NCBI RefSeq assembly: GCF_006345805.1
Contig: NC_043001.1
Coordinates: 79,360,001 to 79,424,000 of the forward strand
Direction: 5' to 3'
Length of the DNA stretch: 64,000 bases
From: Octopus sinensis
Taxonomy: Eukaryota
Below the pieces are notes generated by a model. That model ran no database searches. It saw nothing but the letters and a program-made list of their open reading frames with translations, and was not told where the DNA came from. Below are positions 1-12,770 of this stretch, in pieces (the stretch's first letter is position 1; each line of letters opens with the position of its first letter). The translations under genes were made by a program, and so were the position numbers.

Positions 1-700
1 TACTACCAGTACTACTACTACTACAACTACTACTACCACCACTACTACTATTACTACTACTACAAATTCGTATTCAATCTGCTCTACCTGTCATCCTCCG
101 GCAGCAACAACAAACACCATTGGGACCACCTCCAGAAGAAGCACTACTACCGCCACCATCACCCTCAACCACAACCACCACCACTGACACCGAAACCACT
201 ACCAAGAACAACAACAAAATCAACAAAACCGCCAACGACAAACAACCACTCCACCACCAATACCACTCACCCCACCATCGCTACAACCACCAATACCAGC
301 ACCACTACCACTACCACCAACACCATACCCCTGACACCACTACAACCAACGGCACAATCACTAACACCAACACCACTATCACCATCACCACAATCACTAA
401 TACCACCCCACTACCAAAAATACTACTACTACTACAACCAACACTACTAACACTGTTACAACTACTAATACCACTACTATCATTATCGCCATCACCACCA
501 GCACCATCACCACAACCACCACCACAACCAAACCACTACAACTACCAAACCACTACAACTACCAGCAAAGCAATACCATCACTAACATCACTGTCACTAC
601 AAAAACCACTATCTCCACCAACACTACCGTCACCACCACCATAACCACCACCACAACCATCACCACCGCCACCACCATATCATACCAACCAAACCGAAAA
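1..700. repeat. Low-complexity (TAC/CAC/CAA)n trinucleotide tract
   Basis: Degenerate ACT/ACC/ACA triplets; the overlapping ORFs are poly-T/H/P artefacts. Confidence 0.95.
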
Positions 701-1261
701 CCAGCGCAGACTTCCAATGCTGGCGCCACACCACATCCATACAACTGTCCGAATGAAACATTCGCGGCCGATCGTGTGCAATATGCATGGACTATCTCTA
801 CCTAAACCCCATCTCTTCCTCGCTCTTTGTTACTCACCTTCTCTCTATTGTGCTCATTTTCTTCCTCTCTCTCTTCCTCCGCAATTCTCTGTCTCTGTTT
901 TGTGTGACACCTAACTAGATAAAACCGACATCCATCTATTCATCCATGCATCCAACGTATTGTCTTTCTTCTTTCCTTTAGTTCCATTCTTCTAGCCTTT
1001 CTACTTTATTTATATATTTGTTATCTCTCCTGCAATGAGTAGAAGTCAATGATTCAATGATTTGTTTTATTTTGATTGATATCTCTAAGTTCAAGTTTAC
1101 AAAGTCTCCAGCGCCAGTAAGTATCCCCACAAGATGGAAGACACGTTGAAGAGAAACAGATTCGGCCGCCATCACAGATCAATCATCATAGCTTGCCTTA
1201 CTTGAACCGAGAGCGGAATTAAAAATTGCTCCGGTTAACCGTAAGATTCCGACCGCGGTGA

Positions 1262-1377
1262 AGATATGTATATGTATGAACATATATATTTGTGTGCGTA
1301 TATACTCACATACATACATACATATATATAATATATGTATATATTTGTATGTATGTATGTATATATATATATATATA

Positions 1378-1416
<39 letters not shown>

Positions 1417-1557
1417 ATATATATATAGATATATATATATGTGTGTGTGTATATATATATATATATGTATATATGTCTGTATGTATGTTTATATGAATAT
1501 ATATGTATGTTTATATATATATATGGATATGTATGTATATATTTGTATGTATGTATG

Positions 1558-1626
<69 letters not shown>

Positions 1627-2014
1627 AATATATGTATGAATATATATGCATATATAGATATGTGTGTGTGTTATACATACATATCCATACGTATATATAC
1701 GTGCTTCTGTGTGTCTGCATAGGTACACATATATATATATATGCGCGCGGGCGCACACACACACACATATATATATATAATATATATATACACATACACA
1801 CACATGCACATCACATACACCTAGAATTGATGGTGTCGCTTGTTAACAGTGAGGTTAGGCACAAACATGCCAGACACAAGAACATCAATTGTTTTATATA
1901 TCTATCTTTCTATCTATCTATCGATCTGTCTATTCCTCTATTTATCTACCTATCTCTGTATTTGTCTATCAATCTATCTATATATCTATCCTGGTCTGTG
2001 TTTGTGTGTATATC

Positions 2015-2047
<33 letters not shown>

Positions 2048-2161
2048 TCGTATAAATATACATATATATGTGTGTGTGTGTTTATATATATATACATACA
2101 TATATGTACGTACGTATGAATGTATGTATTTATGTATGTATATATATATATCTATATATGT

Positions 2162-2228
<67 letters not shown>

Positions 2229-2235
2229 TATATAT
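1262..2235. repeat. (TA)n/(TG)n/(TCTA)n microsatellite block
   Basis: Long dinucleotide runs; ORFs are YIYI artefacts. Confidence 0.97.
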
Positions 2236-3069
2236 ATTTTACGCAGGATCAGAAACGCAACTCATATTTCAGACTGGAATTTCTCACACGTCCGCATGAG
2301 GATACAATAGCTCATGCATTCATATATAGATATGGAGGAAGGCAATATGAACACAAACACAGCACGCGCGCGCAGGAGCGCGTTCTCTGTCAGACATCTC
2401 CGCATATACACGCACATACGCGCTTACACACACACATGCATACACGCACATTGGCAGACATACTCACACTCACTTGCACACAGTGAGAGAACTATGTTCT
2501 CAGTGTCTATAAAAGGTATATGCTAACTTCTTGATTGCATGCTCATCACACTAACATGCTTGAGTAATTATCCACAGAAAAGAACATCACAATCACTTAT
2601 ATTTGCTCAGGATGTTATTAAAATCACTTATATTTTACACGGGGAACCATTCTTATAGCATCATGCAAACATATATACCACATACACACATATACACACA
2701 CATACACTCACACACACACACCAATGTATACACAGAATCGGTCACCAATGAATGAACAAACAATATGACACATACGCTTGTTTAGTAGGAACGACTTTGG
2801 TAGTGGTGAATCACTATGATGCTAGAATTAGCAGTGATATATCCTTTAAATCACACCTTATCTGAAATAACGTGAGATATACTGGACAATGCTATTCTTC
2901 ATACTCAAAAATATTGAACATACGCATGTATAAACATATGTGTATGTGTGTGTGTATGTATATGTAAGTATAGATAATCAAATAAATAAGTAAACCAGCG
3001 AATGCTGAGTGTTGGAATGCCTTTCATCAAAGTTATCTTTGATCCAAGTTAACCGTGGGTTAAACAACA

Positions 3070-3358
3070 ACACTATATAGGTGAGTATAAATACATATTT
3101 ATGTATGTGTGTATGCCTATATACACACATACATATATGTATATACACACATTTCCATAATACTTATTCACACACATACATGGCAACATAAACAAACGTA
3201 TATATATATATATAAATACATATATATACATGTGCATACACACACACCACACACACACACATATATATATATATATAGAAATATATATATTTATATTTTG
3301 TCATATTTATACATGTACATATATATATATATTTACACACACACACATTTATATATAT

Positions 3359-3405
<47 letters not shown>

Positions 3406-3605
3406 CATACATATATATATATATATATTTATATATATTTATATATATTTATATATATTTATATATATTTATATATATACATATAGATATATGTGTGTAT
3501 ATATATATATATCTATATATATATATATATTATATATATATAAAAGTATATATATGTTTACGCACACATACGCAGACATACAAACATCACACACACATAC
3601 ACACA
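3070..3605. repeat. (TA)n/(CA)n microsatellite block
   Basis: Direct reading. Confidence 0.95.
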
Positions 3606-4172
3606 AACACGAATCTCCTGATGCAGAGACAGAATTATGTGCAGTGATATACAAGTATTTCGAGGGACATGACGCGGTCTCTCAGTACATAGTGCTTACA
3701 GCGATAAAATATGCTGTTATAGACAATAGACATGTTATGCTGGTAGACTGTATGGCCGAATATTTAAGAAGTTTGCTTCGTTAAACACGAGGTGTTGTGT
3801 TCCATCTCAATGCGTCGCAGCATCGGCAAATGTCATATTCTATAACCACGGGGAGCCGAACCATATCTCCTAAGTGAAATTTGACAAACGGAAATGACGT
3901 TGAAGCTTATCTAATGGATTGTACCAGTAATTCGATAGGTGAAGATATGTTAGACACTTTGTCACACTGATTCAGTCTTACAATTGCCTTTTGGTTACAT
4001 TACGTATACACATATCCCTAGAATGGTCAAACTTCTGTTGTGCAATCAATTCATCGAACAATTGAATAATCATCGTCGAAAGATACAGACCCACAAGCAC
4101 CAGCCCAGTTACCAACACTATATTTGAATATATGTGTGTGTATGTGTATGAGTGTGTGCGTCCGTGTGTATG

Positions 4173-4203
<31 letters not shown>

Positions 4204-4439
4204 GTGTGAACCTTTTTTCGTCAGCAGCATTTGAAAAGTACACGGAACCTCTCAGCTACATCTCCATGAAATTATAATTATTATAAGTTATTTATATTTA
4301 TTTCATGTTTTTCGCAATTTCAATGGCCGGTGTGATGGATTCATTTTAATAATTTAAAAATATCTTGTTCGGCATTGTGACTAATCTTATAGCGTGTGTG
4401 TGTAATTATACACACATACTCAGGTACAAATTTATATGC

Positions 4440-4473
4440 ACACACAAACACATCTTATCTCTCTCTCACCCCT

Positions 4474-4511
<38 letters not shown>

Positions 4512-4594
4512 CTGTCTGTCTGTCTGTCTACCTATCTGTATATCTGTATATATATCTATCTGTCTATCTATCAATCACTCTATCTCTCTGTCTA

Positions 4595-4627
<33 letters not shown>

Positions 4628-4700
4628 CTGTCTATTTATCTCTCTCTCTATGTATCTCTCTATCTATCTCTCTATCTATCTAGCTAGCTACCTATCTGTC

Positions 4701-4742
<42 letters not shown>

Positions 4743-4985
4743 AATAAATATATATGTTATATACACACATATTTATACATGTGTGTATATGTATACACAC
4801 GCACGCACCTGCAAATATGTATATACACAAATACACACACATTTTTATATATGAATGTATGTATGTATATGTATTAATATCTGTATATAAATACTTGCAT
4901 ACATATGTGTCCATATATATCTATGTGTGTGTGCGTGTGTATGTGAGTGCGTGTGTGAGTGTGCGTGCGTGTGTGTGTAGAGAGA
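4440..4985. repeat. (CT)n/(TCTA)n/(TA)n/(TG)n microsatellite block
   Basis: Direct reading. Confidence 0.95.
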
Positions 4986-5397
4986 GAAAGACAAAATGAT
5001 TTAAGATGTATTGAATAGAGATTTAATACACACAATATGGTAATCAATGTGTATATTCCACACGGAGACACACAGACAATTATACACTCATACACAAACA
5101 CACGTATAGCATTAATTGCTTCGTTTCGTCACATAATAGCCTTCTCATTTAATATTCCCTTTTTAGTCAGTCTGTTCAGTGATACATGCCTAAGTGCTCT
5201 GAGGTGACTCTTAAGACCTGCCGAAAACACGTCACCACGTTTCCATCACCATACAGCTTTTGAAATGAATAAAATGAGGTGATGAGACATCTGTCTATTA
5301 CGGGATTATAGCGGCATCCACTACCACTTTTACACCGCAGCATTTTAAATACGACTATTTAAATATCTTTGGACCCAGGAATTTTTACTTGCATAAC

Positions 5398-5441
<44 letters not shown>

Positions 5442-5774
5442 TTGAAAGATCTGTTACTGAATGACTCCCTAAGAGAGGTTTAGAAATAATATTTCTATTC
5501 TCTGATCAGTGAATGTGACACTTCGAAAACTATAAATTCGAACGCTGAATTCAGCAATGCCATCTGGGCAAAGCAGCCACTCTGTGTTGATAAAGCGCAG
5601 TAACCCAGAAACTAGTCCACAGATGTCGGTTTGCATTAGATGGGAGTGCTGAGCTCCTTGTTTGAAAATATAAGGTCACAGATAGTGTGTCGTACAGCTA
5701 TATAGATAATCCGTGGGGCTAAAACAACGATAATACCGTCCCATTCGGGAGAACCACATTACCCTTTACTTTGT

Positions 5775-6215
5775 AATATACCATACATACCTACATACAC
5801 ACACATACACGTAAATATATATATATATATATATAATATATATATAGATATATATATTATATATGTACATAAACATAACATATATATACATACATAAATA
5901 TATATACACATATATACATATATATACATAACATATATATTACATAATATATCCATATACATATACATATAATATATACAGATATATATATATATACATA
6001 TGTACAGCATATATATACATATATATATATACGATACATATACATATACATATAATATATATATAATTACAATATATATATAATATATTACATATGTACA
6101 TACATATATATACATATATATATATACATATGTATATATACATATGTATATATATATATAATATATTATATAGATATACATATGTATATATAATATTATA
6201 TATATATTATATATA
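5775..6215. repeat. (TA)n-rich microsatellite
   Basis: Direct reading. Confidence 0.95.
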
Positions 6216-6430
6216 ACAATTTAGGAGTGACCCTAACAGTCATTCGTCCACAGAAAGAGCAGCCATAACTCACACCGCCAAGTATAGTAATCAGAAATTA
6301 GGTGAAAATTTAAAAACATTTACCAAAAACTACCCAATTCATCTTTTAGACGTTGCAGGCACGTTTCTGTGGGGTAATAAGATTAATTAGCTTAATTAAA
6401 TTAAATTAAGCCAATCTACCATAGGTTACA
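6210..6430 (-). repeat. Inverted partial copy of the downstream tandem monomer
   Basis: Reverse complement of ~6598-6815 (e.g. CCAATCTACCATAGGTTACA vs TGTAACCTATGGTAGATTGG), with several small indels. Confidence 0.9.
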
Positions 6431-6583
6431 ATTGATAATTTTCTGAATAATTCTGAGATTGAATCGGCAGTTTATATTTACTGCTGATAAGTTTGGCGCG
6501 AATACGTCAGTCTTGAAAATTTTAAGACTATATTCCGTAGGCATCGATACAGACGCCTCGTGTATATTTGTCTCTCCCAGGTT

Positions 6584-6681
6584 TTTTACTGATGAAGTGT
6601 AACCTATGGTAGATTGGCTTAATTTAATTTAATTAAGCTAATTTAATCATTAATGACACAGAAACGTTGCAACGTCTAAAA
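6584..6681 (+). ncRNA. Type I hammerhead ribozyme motif, array copy 1
   Basis: UUUUA-CUGAUGA(6589-6595)-long stem II-GAAAC-GUUGCAAC-GUC(6674-6676)-UAAAA; stem I 5 bp; ACGUUGCAACGU is a 12-nt palindrome; A.A mismatch at the base of stem II. Confidence 0.8.
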
Positions 6682-7056
6682 GATGAATTGGGGTAAATGT
6701 TTTTAAATTTTCACCTAATTCTGAATTACTACTACTTGGCGGTGTGAGTTATGGCTGCTCTTTCTGGTGGACGAATGACCTGTTAGGGTCACTCCTAAAT
6801 TGTTATATATATATATTTAGTCGTTGACTATTTTCTCTTTTCCATCAGGCCGCTGTGGCGATAAATTTCTATTGAATTTTTTTGCTACCCTATATTGACT
6901 AATTGATAATTTTCTGAATAATTCTGAGATTGAATCGGCAGTTTATATTTACTGCTGATAAGTTTGGCGCGAATACGTCAGTCTTGAAAATTTTAAGACT
7001 ATATTCCGTAGGCATCGATACAGACGCCTCGTGTATATTTGTCTCTCTCCCAGGTT

Positions 7057-7154
7057 TTTTACTGATGAAGTGTAACCTATGGTAGATTGGCTTAATTTAA
7101 TTTAATTAAGCTAATTTAATCATTAATGACACAGAAACGTTGCAACGTCTAAAA
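7057..7154 (+). ncRNA. Type I hammerhead ribozyme motif, array copy 2
   Basis: Same as copy 1; CUGAUGA 7062-7068, GUC 7147-7149. Confidence 0.8.
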
Positions 7155-7529
7155 GATGAATTGGGGTAAATGTTTTTAAATTTTCACCTAATTTCTGAAT
7201 TACTACTACTTGGCGGTGTGAGTTATGGCTGCTCTTTCTGGTGGACGAATGACCTGTTAGGGTCACTCCTAAATTGTTATATATATATATTTAGTCGTTG
7301 ACTATTTTCTCTTTTCCATCAGGCCGCTGGTGGCGATAAATTTCTATTGAATTTTTTTGCTACCCTATATTGACTAATTGATAATTTTCTGAATAATTCT
7401 GAGATTGAATCGGCAGTTTATATTTACTGCTGATAAGTTTGGCGCGAATACGTCAGTCTTGAAAATTTTAAGACTATATTCCGTAGGCATCGATACAGAC
7501 GCCTCGTGTATATTTGTCTCTCCCAGGTT

Positions 7530-7626
7530 TTTTACTGATGAAGTGTAACCTATGGTAGATTGGCTTAATTTAATTAATTAAGCTAATTTAATCATTAATG
7601 ACACAGAAACGTTGCAACGTCTAAAA
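7530..7626 (+). ncRNA. Type I hammerhead ribozyme motif, array copy 3
   Basis: Same as copy 1; CUGAUGA 7535-7541, GUC 7619-7621. Confidence 0.8.
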
Positions 7627-7860
7627 GATGAATTGGGGTAAATGTTTTTAAATTTTCACCTAATTTCTGAATTACTACTACTTGGCGGTGTGAGTTATGG
7701 CTGCTCTTTCTGGTGGACGAATGACCTGTTAGGGTCACTCCTAAATTGTTATATATATATATTTAGTCGTTGACTATTTTCTTTTCCATCAGGCCGCTGG
7801 TGGCGATAAATTTCTATTGAATTTTTTTGCTACCCTATATTGACTAATTGATAATTTTCT

Positions 7861-8090
<230 letters not shown>

Positions 8091-8204
8091 TCGTTACTCT
8101 TTTATAAATGTATAAATATGTGTATATGTGTGTGCGTCATTTTCACTTTAAAATATGTTTTTGTAATAGTATTCACAGTACTACTCAAACACAGAATTAC
8201 TACT

Positions 8205-8690
8205 TATCCTTAAATCCTTAAAAATGTTGCATCCCGAAGGCCGCGGCCTTGCAGGGGCACCACCGCTGAATGAGCTACACTAATTTGTAAATCCATGTCT
8301 GATACGTGGCACTTGATCAACAAGGAAGTTCGATACTGCTGCCCGCATCCGCGTCTCCTGTCGTGAGGTAGGTTCATCTGGGACTCCCGACAAGAAGAGA
8401 TCCAGTTTAGTTTTAAAGAAACCCACATCCACACCATGCAAGTCTCTCAGGCATTTAGGGACGATGTTAAAGAGCTATGGTCCTCTGAAACTCAAGCTGT
8501 TGCAGTATTTGGACCTGTATTTTGATGGTGATGTTGGTATCCATGGCACCATGCAGTGGCGCCCCGTTCTGCGGTTGGGGTAACTTTGAATGCCAAAGTT
8601 TAGGACAAGACCCTCCAAGATTTTCAAGATGTAAATCACCGCATATCTCTCCCGCCTCCGCTCTATACAAGTGTTACGCATATTTATGAA
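8205..8690 (-). mobile_element. 3' end of a decayed CR1/L2-group non-LTR retrotransposon ORF2
   Basis: Minus translation ERRRERYAVIYILKILEGLVLNFG...CNSLSFRGP*LFNIVPKCLRDL...FFKTKLDLFLSGVPDEP resembles the post-RT C-terminus of CR1/L2-type LINEs; short TTAAGGA repeat tail. Confidence 0.72.
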
Positions 8691-8932
8691 AAGGTGGGTG
8701 AATATGTATATGTATATACATGTATATATACATACATATATATATATACATATGTATATACATACATACATATATATATATACATATGTATATAAATACA
8801 TACATAAATATATATATATATATAAATATATATATATATATGTATGGGGAAAGTTTGCGAAAATAAAAAAAGACGAAGGCAGGAGGTGTACAAACAAACA
8901 GATGTATTAGAATAGCACTCAGGAATAGAAAA

Positions 8933-8972
8933 GTCTTTTACGTTTCGAGCCTACGCTCTTTTACAGACAGAT
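8933..8972 (-). ncRNA. Degenerate hammerhead-like motif
   Basis: Minus AUCUGU-CUGUAAAA-GAGC-GUAG-GCUC-GAAAC-GUA-AAAGAC; stem II and GAAAC-GUA intact, CUGANGA box altered. Confidence 0.4.
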
Positions 8973-9026
8973 ACACAGAAAAAAAACAAGGAGAGAAACA
9001 TTATATATGTAAATATATATATATAG

Positions 9027-9057
<31 letters not shown>

Positions 9058-9288
9058 GATATATATACGTTGTGTGTGTGTGTGTGTGTATGTGTGGGTG
9101 TGTGTGGTGGTGTGTATAGACATATATATATATAAATATATATATGTGTGTGAGTGATGTAAAATATATATATATTTGTATATGTATATATATATATGTA
9201 TATGTATATGATATATATATGCATGATATATATGTATATGTATATATATATGTGTATATATATATATACATGTATATATATATACGTG

Positions 9289-9328
<40 letters not shown>

Positions 9329-9357
9329 TGTGTATGCGTGTGTATATATATATATAT

Positions 9358-9752
9358 AGGCGCAGGAGTAGCTGTGTAGTAAGTAGCTTGCTTACCAACC
9401 ACGGATTCAGTCTGCGTGGCACATTGGGCAATTGTCTACTATAGCCTCGGGCCGACCAATGGCTTGGGAGTCGCTTTGGTAAACGGAAACTCAACGAAGC
9501 CTGTTATATATATGTATATGTACATATATTTGTGTGCTTGTGTGTCCCCTGATTTCCCCCCACCCCCGCCATCATTGCTTCACAGCCGATTCTGGTGTGT
9601 TTATATCCTCGAAAATTAGCGGTTCGGCAAAAGAGACCGATAGAATAAATACTAGGCTCACAAAGAATAAATCCTGGGGTCGATTTGCTCGACTAAAGGC
9701 GGTGCTCCAGCATGGCCGTAGTCAAATGACTGTAACAAGGAAAATAGTAAAG
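9358..9752 (+). mobile_element. tRNA-derived SINE family A (tRNA/CORE-like head, internal microsatellite, conserved tail)
   Basis: Head AGCTGTGTAGTAAG...GGATTCAGTC...TTGGGCAATTGTC; tail GGTGCTCCAGCATGGCCG...GTCAAATGACTG; recurs many times in the window. Confidence 0.8.
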
Positions 9753-9776
9753 TGCATATATATATTCATATGTATA

Positions 9777-9836
<60 letters not shown>

Positions 9837-9940
9837 GTGTATATATATATATATGTGTGTGTATATATACAGATATATATCTATCTATATATGTATATAT
9901 ATATATATGTATATATATGTATATATATATATATGTGTGT

Positions 9941-9972
<32 letters not shown>

Positions 9973-9994
9973 ATTCATACGTATATGTACATGT

Positions 9995-10165
9995 TTGTGT
10001 GTCTGTGTTTGTACCTCCAGCATCGCTTGACAACCGATGCTCGTGTGTTTACGTCCCCGTAACTTAGCGGTTCTGCAAGAGTGAGAGAGAATAAGTACTA
10101 GGCTTACAAAGAATAAGTCCTGGGGACGATTTGCTCCAGAGTAGGAAGAAACGACAAAAGGAAAG
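9995..10165 (+). mobile_element. SINE family A tail fragment
   Basis: CATCGCTTGACAACCGATGC...CGTAACTTAGCGGTTC...AAGAATAAGTCCTGGGG. Confidence 0.75.
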
Positions 10166-10358
10166 AACAGAAAGTACACGAAAGTTTACAAAGTATAATA
10201 ATAATAATAATAATATTAATAATAATAATAATAATGATAATAATAATAATAATAGTTTTATGAAAAGTTCATACATTTCAAAGCATTAAGACGTCGTGGG
10301 GTATTGGAGCGATTTTTTATCAACAGAAAATTCCAGAGTAATCCGTATGCAGGAGAGC

Positions 10359-10522
10359 TGCGGGTGCTGAAAAGCTCATGGCTTTAAGAATATCGCGAGG
10401 GGCCTTCGTTGGAGTCCCAAATTTCCGAGTTCTTTTGCAGTGTTTAGAAAAACTAAAGGACCGCTACACTAAGTGCAAGAACCTGAGAGGAGCAATATGT
10501 TGAATTAAATCATAATTAACTG
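10359..10522. mobile_element. Mariner-derived MITE fragment
   Basis: GGTGCTGAAAAG TIR-like start plus AAGGACCGCT...GAGAGGAGCAATATGTTGAATTAAATC, the reverse complement of the interior of the 50909-51128 element. Confidence 0.55.
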
Positions 10523-10574
10523 AGTATCTTAAATGTTCTTTTGTATAAAACCATGAACTTTACGACACCCACTC

Positions 10575-10667
<93 letters not shown>

Positions 10668-10775
10668 CATACATATATACATACATATACATATTTATGT
10701 ATATATGTGTGTATATGCATGTATATATATATGTATGTATGTATGCAATCATATATGTACATATAATAACTGGCC
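10575..10775. repeat. (TA)n microsatellite
   Basis: Direct reading. Confidence 0.97.
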
Positions 10776-11081
10776 GCTTCTGTCTAATCGCAGACAGCAA
10801 CTACCTGAAGAAAACAAAATACACCACCATGTGGTCTTTACATGAATCTAGCGTGAATGTCTAGAAATTATATAAACAAAGCTAAATTTAATTTATTTTA
10901 TTTCTTTCAATATATTTTATCTTTTTCCCTGCGTGACTAGATTGTCTACTTCAGATGATCAAACTGGTTGCTGTTTAGTTAAAAATGTACATATTGTCTT
11001 CTTTTCCCATGATACAGTACACTTGGTAGTTTCTTTTAATCTGATATATATATGTATGTATTATGTATGTATGTATGTATA

Positions 11082-11290
11082 TAAGGTGAGCTGGCAGAAT
11101 CTTAGCACGACAAATGCCAGTAAGCATTTCGTCTGTCTGTAGGTTCTGAGTTCAAATTCCACCGCGGTAGACTTTGCCTTTCATCCCTTCGGGGTCGATA
11201 TATTACGTACCAGCTGAGTACTGCGGTCGATCTAATAGACTGGTCCCCTCCCCCAAAATTTCGGGCCTTGTGCCTGATGTAGAAAAGAAT
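11082..11290 (+). mobile_element. SINE family B (Meta-like central domain)
   Basis: GAGCTGGCAGAATC...TTCTGAGTTCAAATTCC...GACTTTGCCTTTCATCC..CGGGGTCGAT...GTACCAG...AAATTTCGGGCCTTGTGCC. Confidence 0.8.
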
Positions 11291-11503
11291 ATACATATAT
11301 ATAAATATACATACATATATACATATACATATGTGTGCGTGTATATATACTATATACATACATTTTCGAATGTAGCTATCTATATTCCTATATAACTTCT
11401 AAGAATATACATATATATGTATTACATATACTCTATATATACTTATTCATATACAGCTATCTTTCTATCTATCTAACTATCTCTCTCTCTCTCTCTCTCT
11501 CCC

Positions 11504-11587
<84 letters not shown>

Positions 11588-12736
11588 GTACATATATATA
11601 CATGTGCGTGCGTGCGTGCTTGTGTGTGTATGTGTATGCTATTTTTGGCATTTTCTTAACTTTTGGCATAATTCATCAAATTCTCTCTCACACGTGAATA
11701 TGAAAATCGTACCAATAGGAGACACTAAGAACAAGAGTTACAAAAGCAGAACATATCAGTTCTCTGTTGTGATGGATAAATAACATCATTGGGGGAATGG
11801 CCATGAAATTTCATCACGCACTCAATGTGTTCAGTCATTCATTTGAGATATTTGAATATCTAGGCCCATTTTTATTGCAGTGGATAGAACACAATATTGG
11901 AAGAAAGGGAACTGATGACCGTCCATTTTGACCATTGCAAAGGAAAGAAAAATATCAATGATAAGAAAGTTTCGTTTATGAGGGGTTGCTGAAAATTTCT
12001 TGTCTTTGGGTAAAAGAAGCAGAGAAGTATCAGTTAATTATGATTTTATTCGAAATATTAACTTGTCTGAATCCCACATTTATTGCAGCGGTTCTTCTGT
12101 TTTTTTCTAATCCCTGTAAAAAGCCTCGGAAGTTTTGGTCCCTAACCAAGCCCTTTGTAATACCATTAAAGACAGGAAATTTTCAGCATTCCTTCGCATA
12201 AGGGAATCTGCTGATTACAGAACACGAAGAGAAAGGATGAGTTGTAGATGGGTTAACCGAGAATAAGAATGAGTGAAAGAGAATGAGGAGAAGAGAAATC
12301 TCAGCGAGGGATTAGATGTGTGTTGATATGCAGGGAAACAGAGAAATCATACCATAATAACTGATTATAGTACATGTAAAACTGCGTGAATACATGTGAG
12401 AATAATGAAAATCGAATATAAATGGAATATAATAACAAATATAGTACAGTATAAGCCAAAATTAAACTAAAATAAAATAATGAGGTATACACCAAATAAA
12501 AAAGGAAATATGAAAATAAAAGGGTATATGAATTATCCAAACCGAGCGAGAGAACTAATTTGAAGATGTACCTGCGAAATATTTAATATATTCAGTATAT
12601 ATTTGTCCCAGTATAGCAGATGAAGAATAAAGCTACTTGATGCAGTTCAGGCACACTTCAGTTTCCGGATCATATTTATTTATGTAATTGTAATAAAGAC
12701 CTATATATTACAAACTCTTGTTTTGTTTCTGTATGG

Positions 12737-12770
<34 letters not shown>

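Larger units (their letters stand above)
6430..7860 (+). repeat. Tandem array of three ~472-bp monomers, each with a hammerhead motif (PLE pLTR-like or retrozyme-like)
   Basis: Unit start AATTGATAATTTTCT at 6430, 6901, 7376 and 7846 (periods 471, 475, 470); copies nearly identical. Confidence 0.93.

Noticed and set aside
120-644. 174-aa Thr/His/Pro-rich ORF (and similar ones at 45.6-46.5 and 51.5-52.7 kb)
   Set aside because: Trinucleotide low-complexity DNA; no domain signal.
978-1175. 65-aa minus ORF with LVGILTG
   Set aside because: Only a superficial protease-like motif; no supporting context.
3610-3784. Protein-like tail of ORF 3230-3784 ([14 protein letters not shown]...)
   Set aside because: No recognisable family or convincing splice sites; the ORF is open mainly because of upstream microsatellite.
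5195-5240. CUGAGGUGA...CCGAAAACACGUC motif
   Set aside because: Non-canonical core and no stem I pairing.
6430-7860. CRISPR-like or satellite interpretation of the tandem array
   Set aside because: Whole ~472-bp units repeat with no unique spacers; eukaryotic context with no cas genes.
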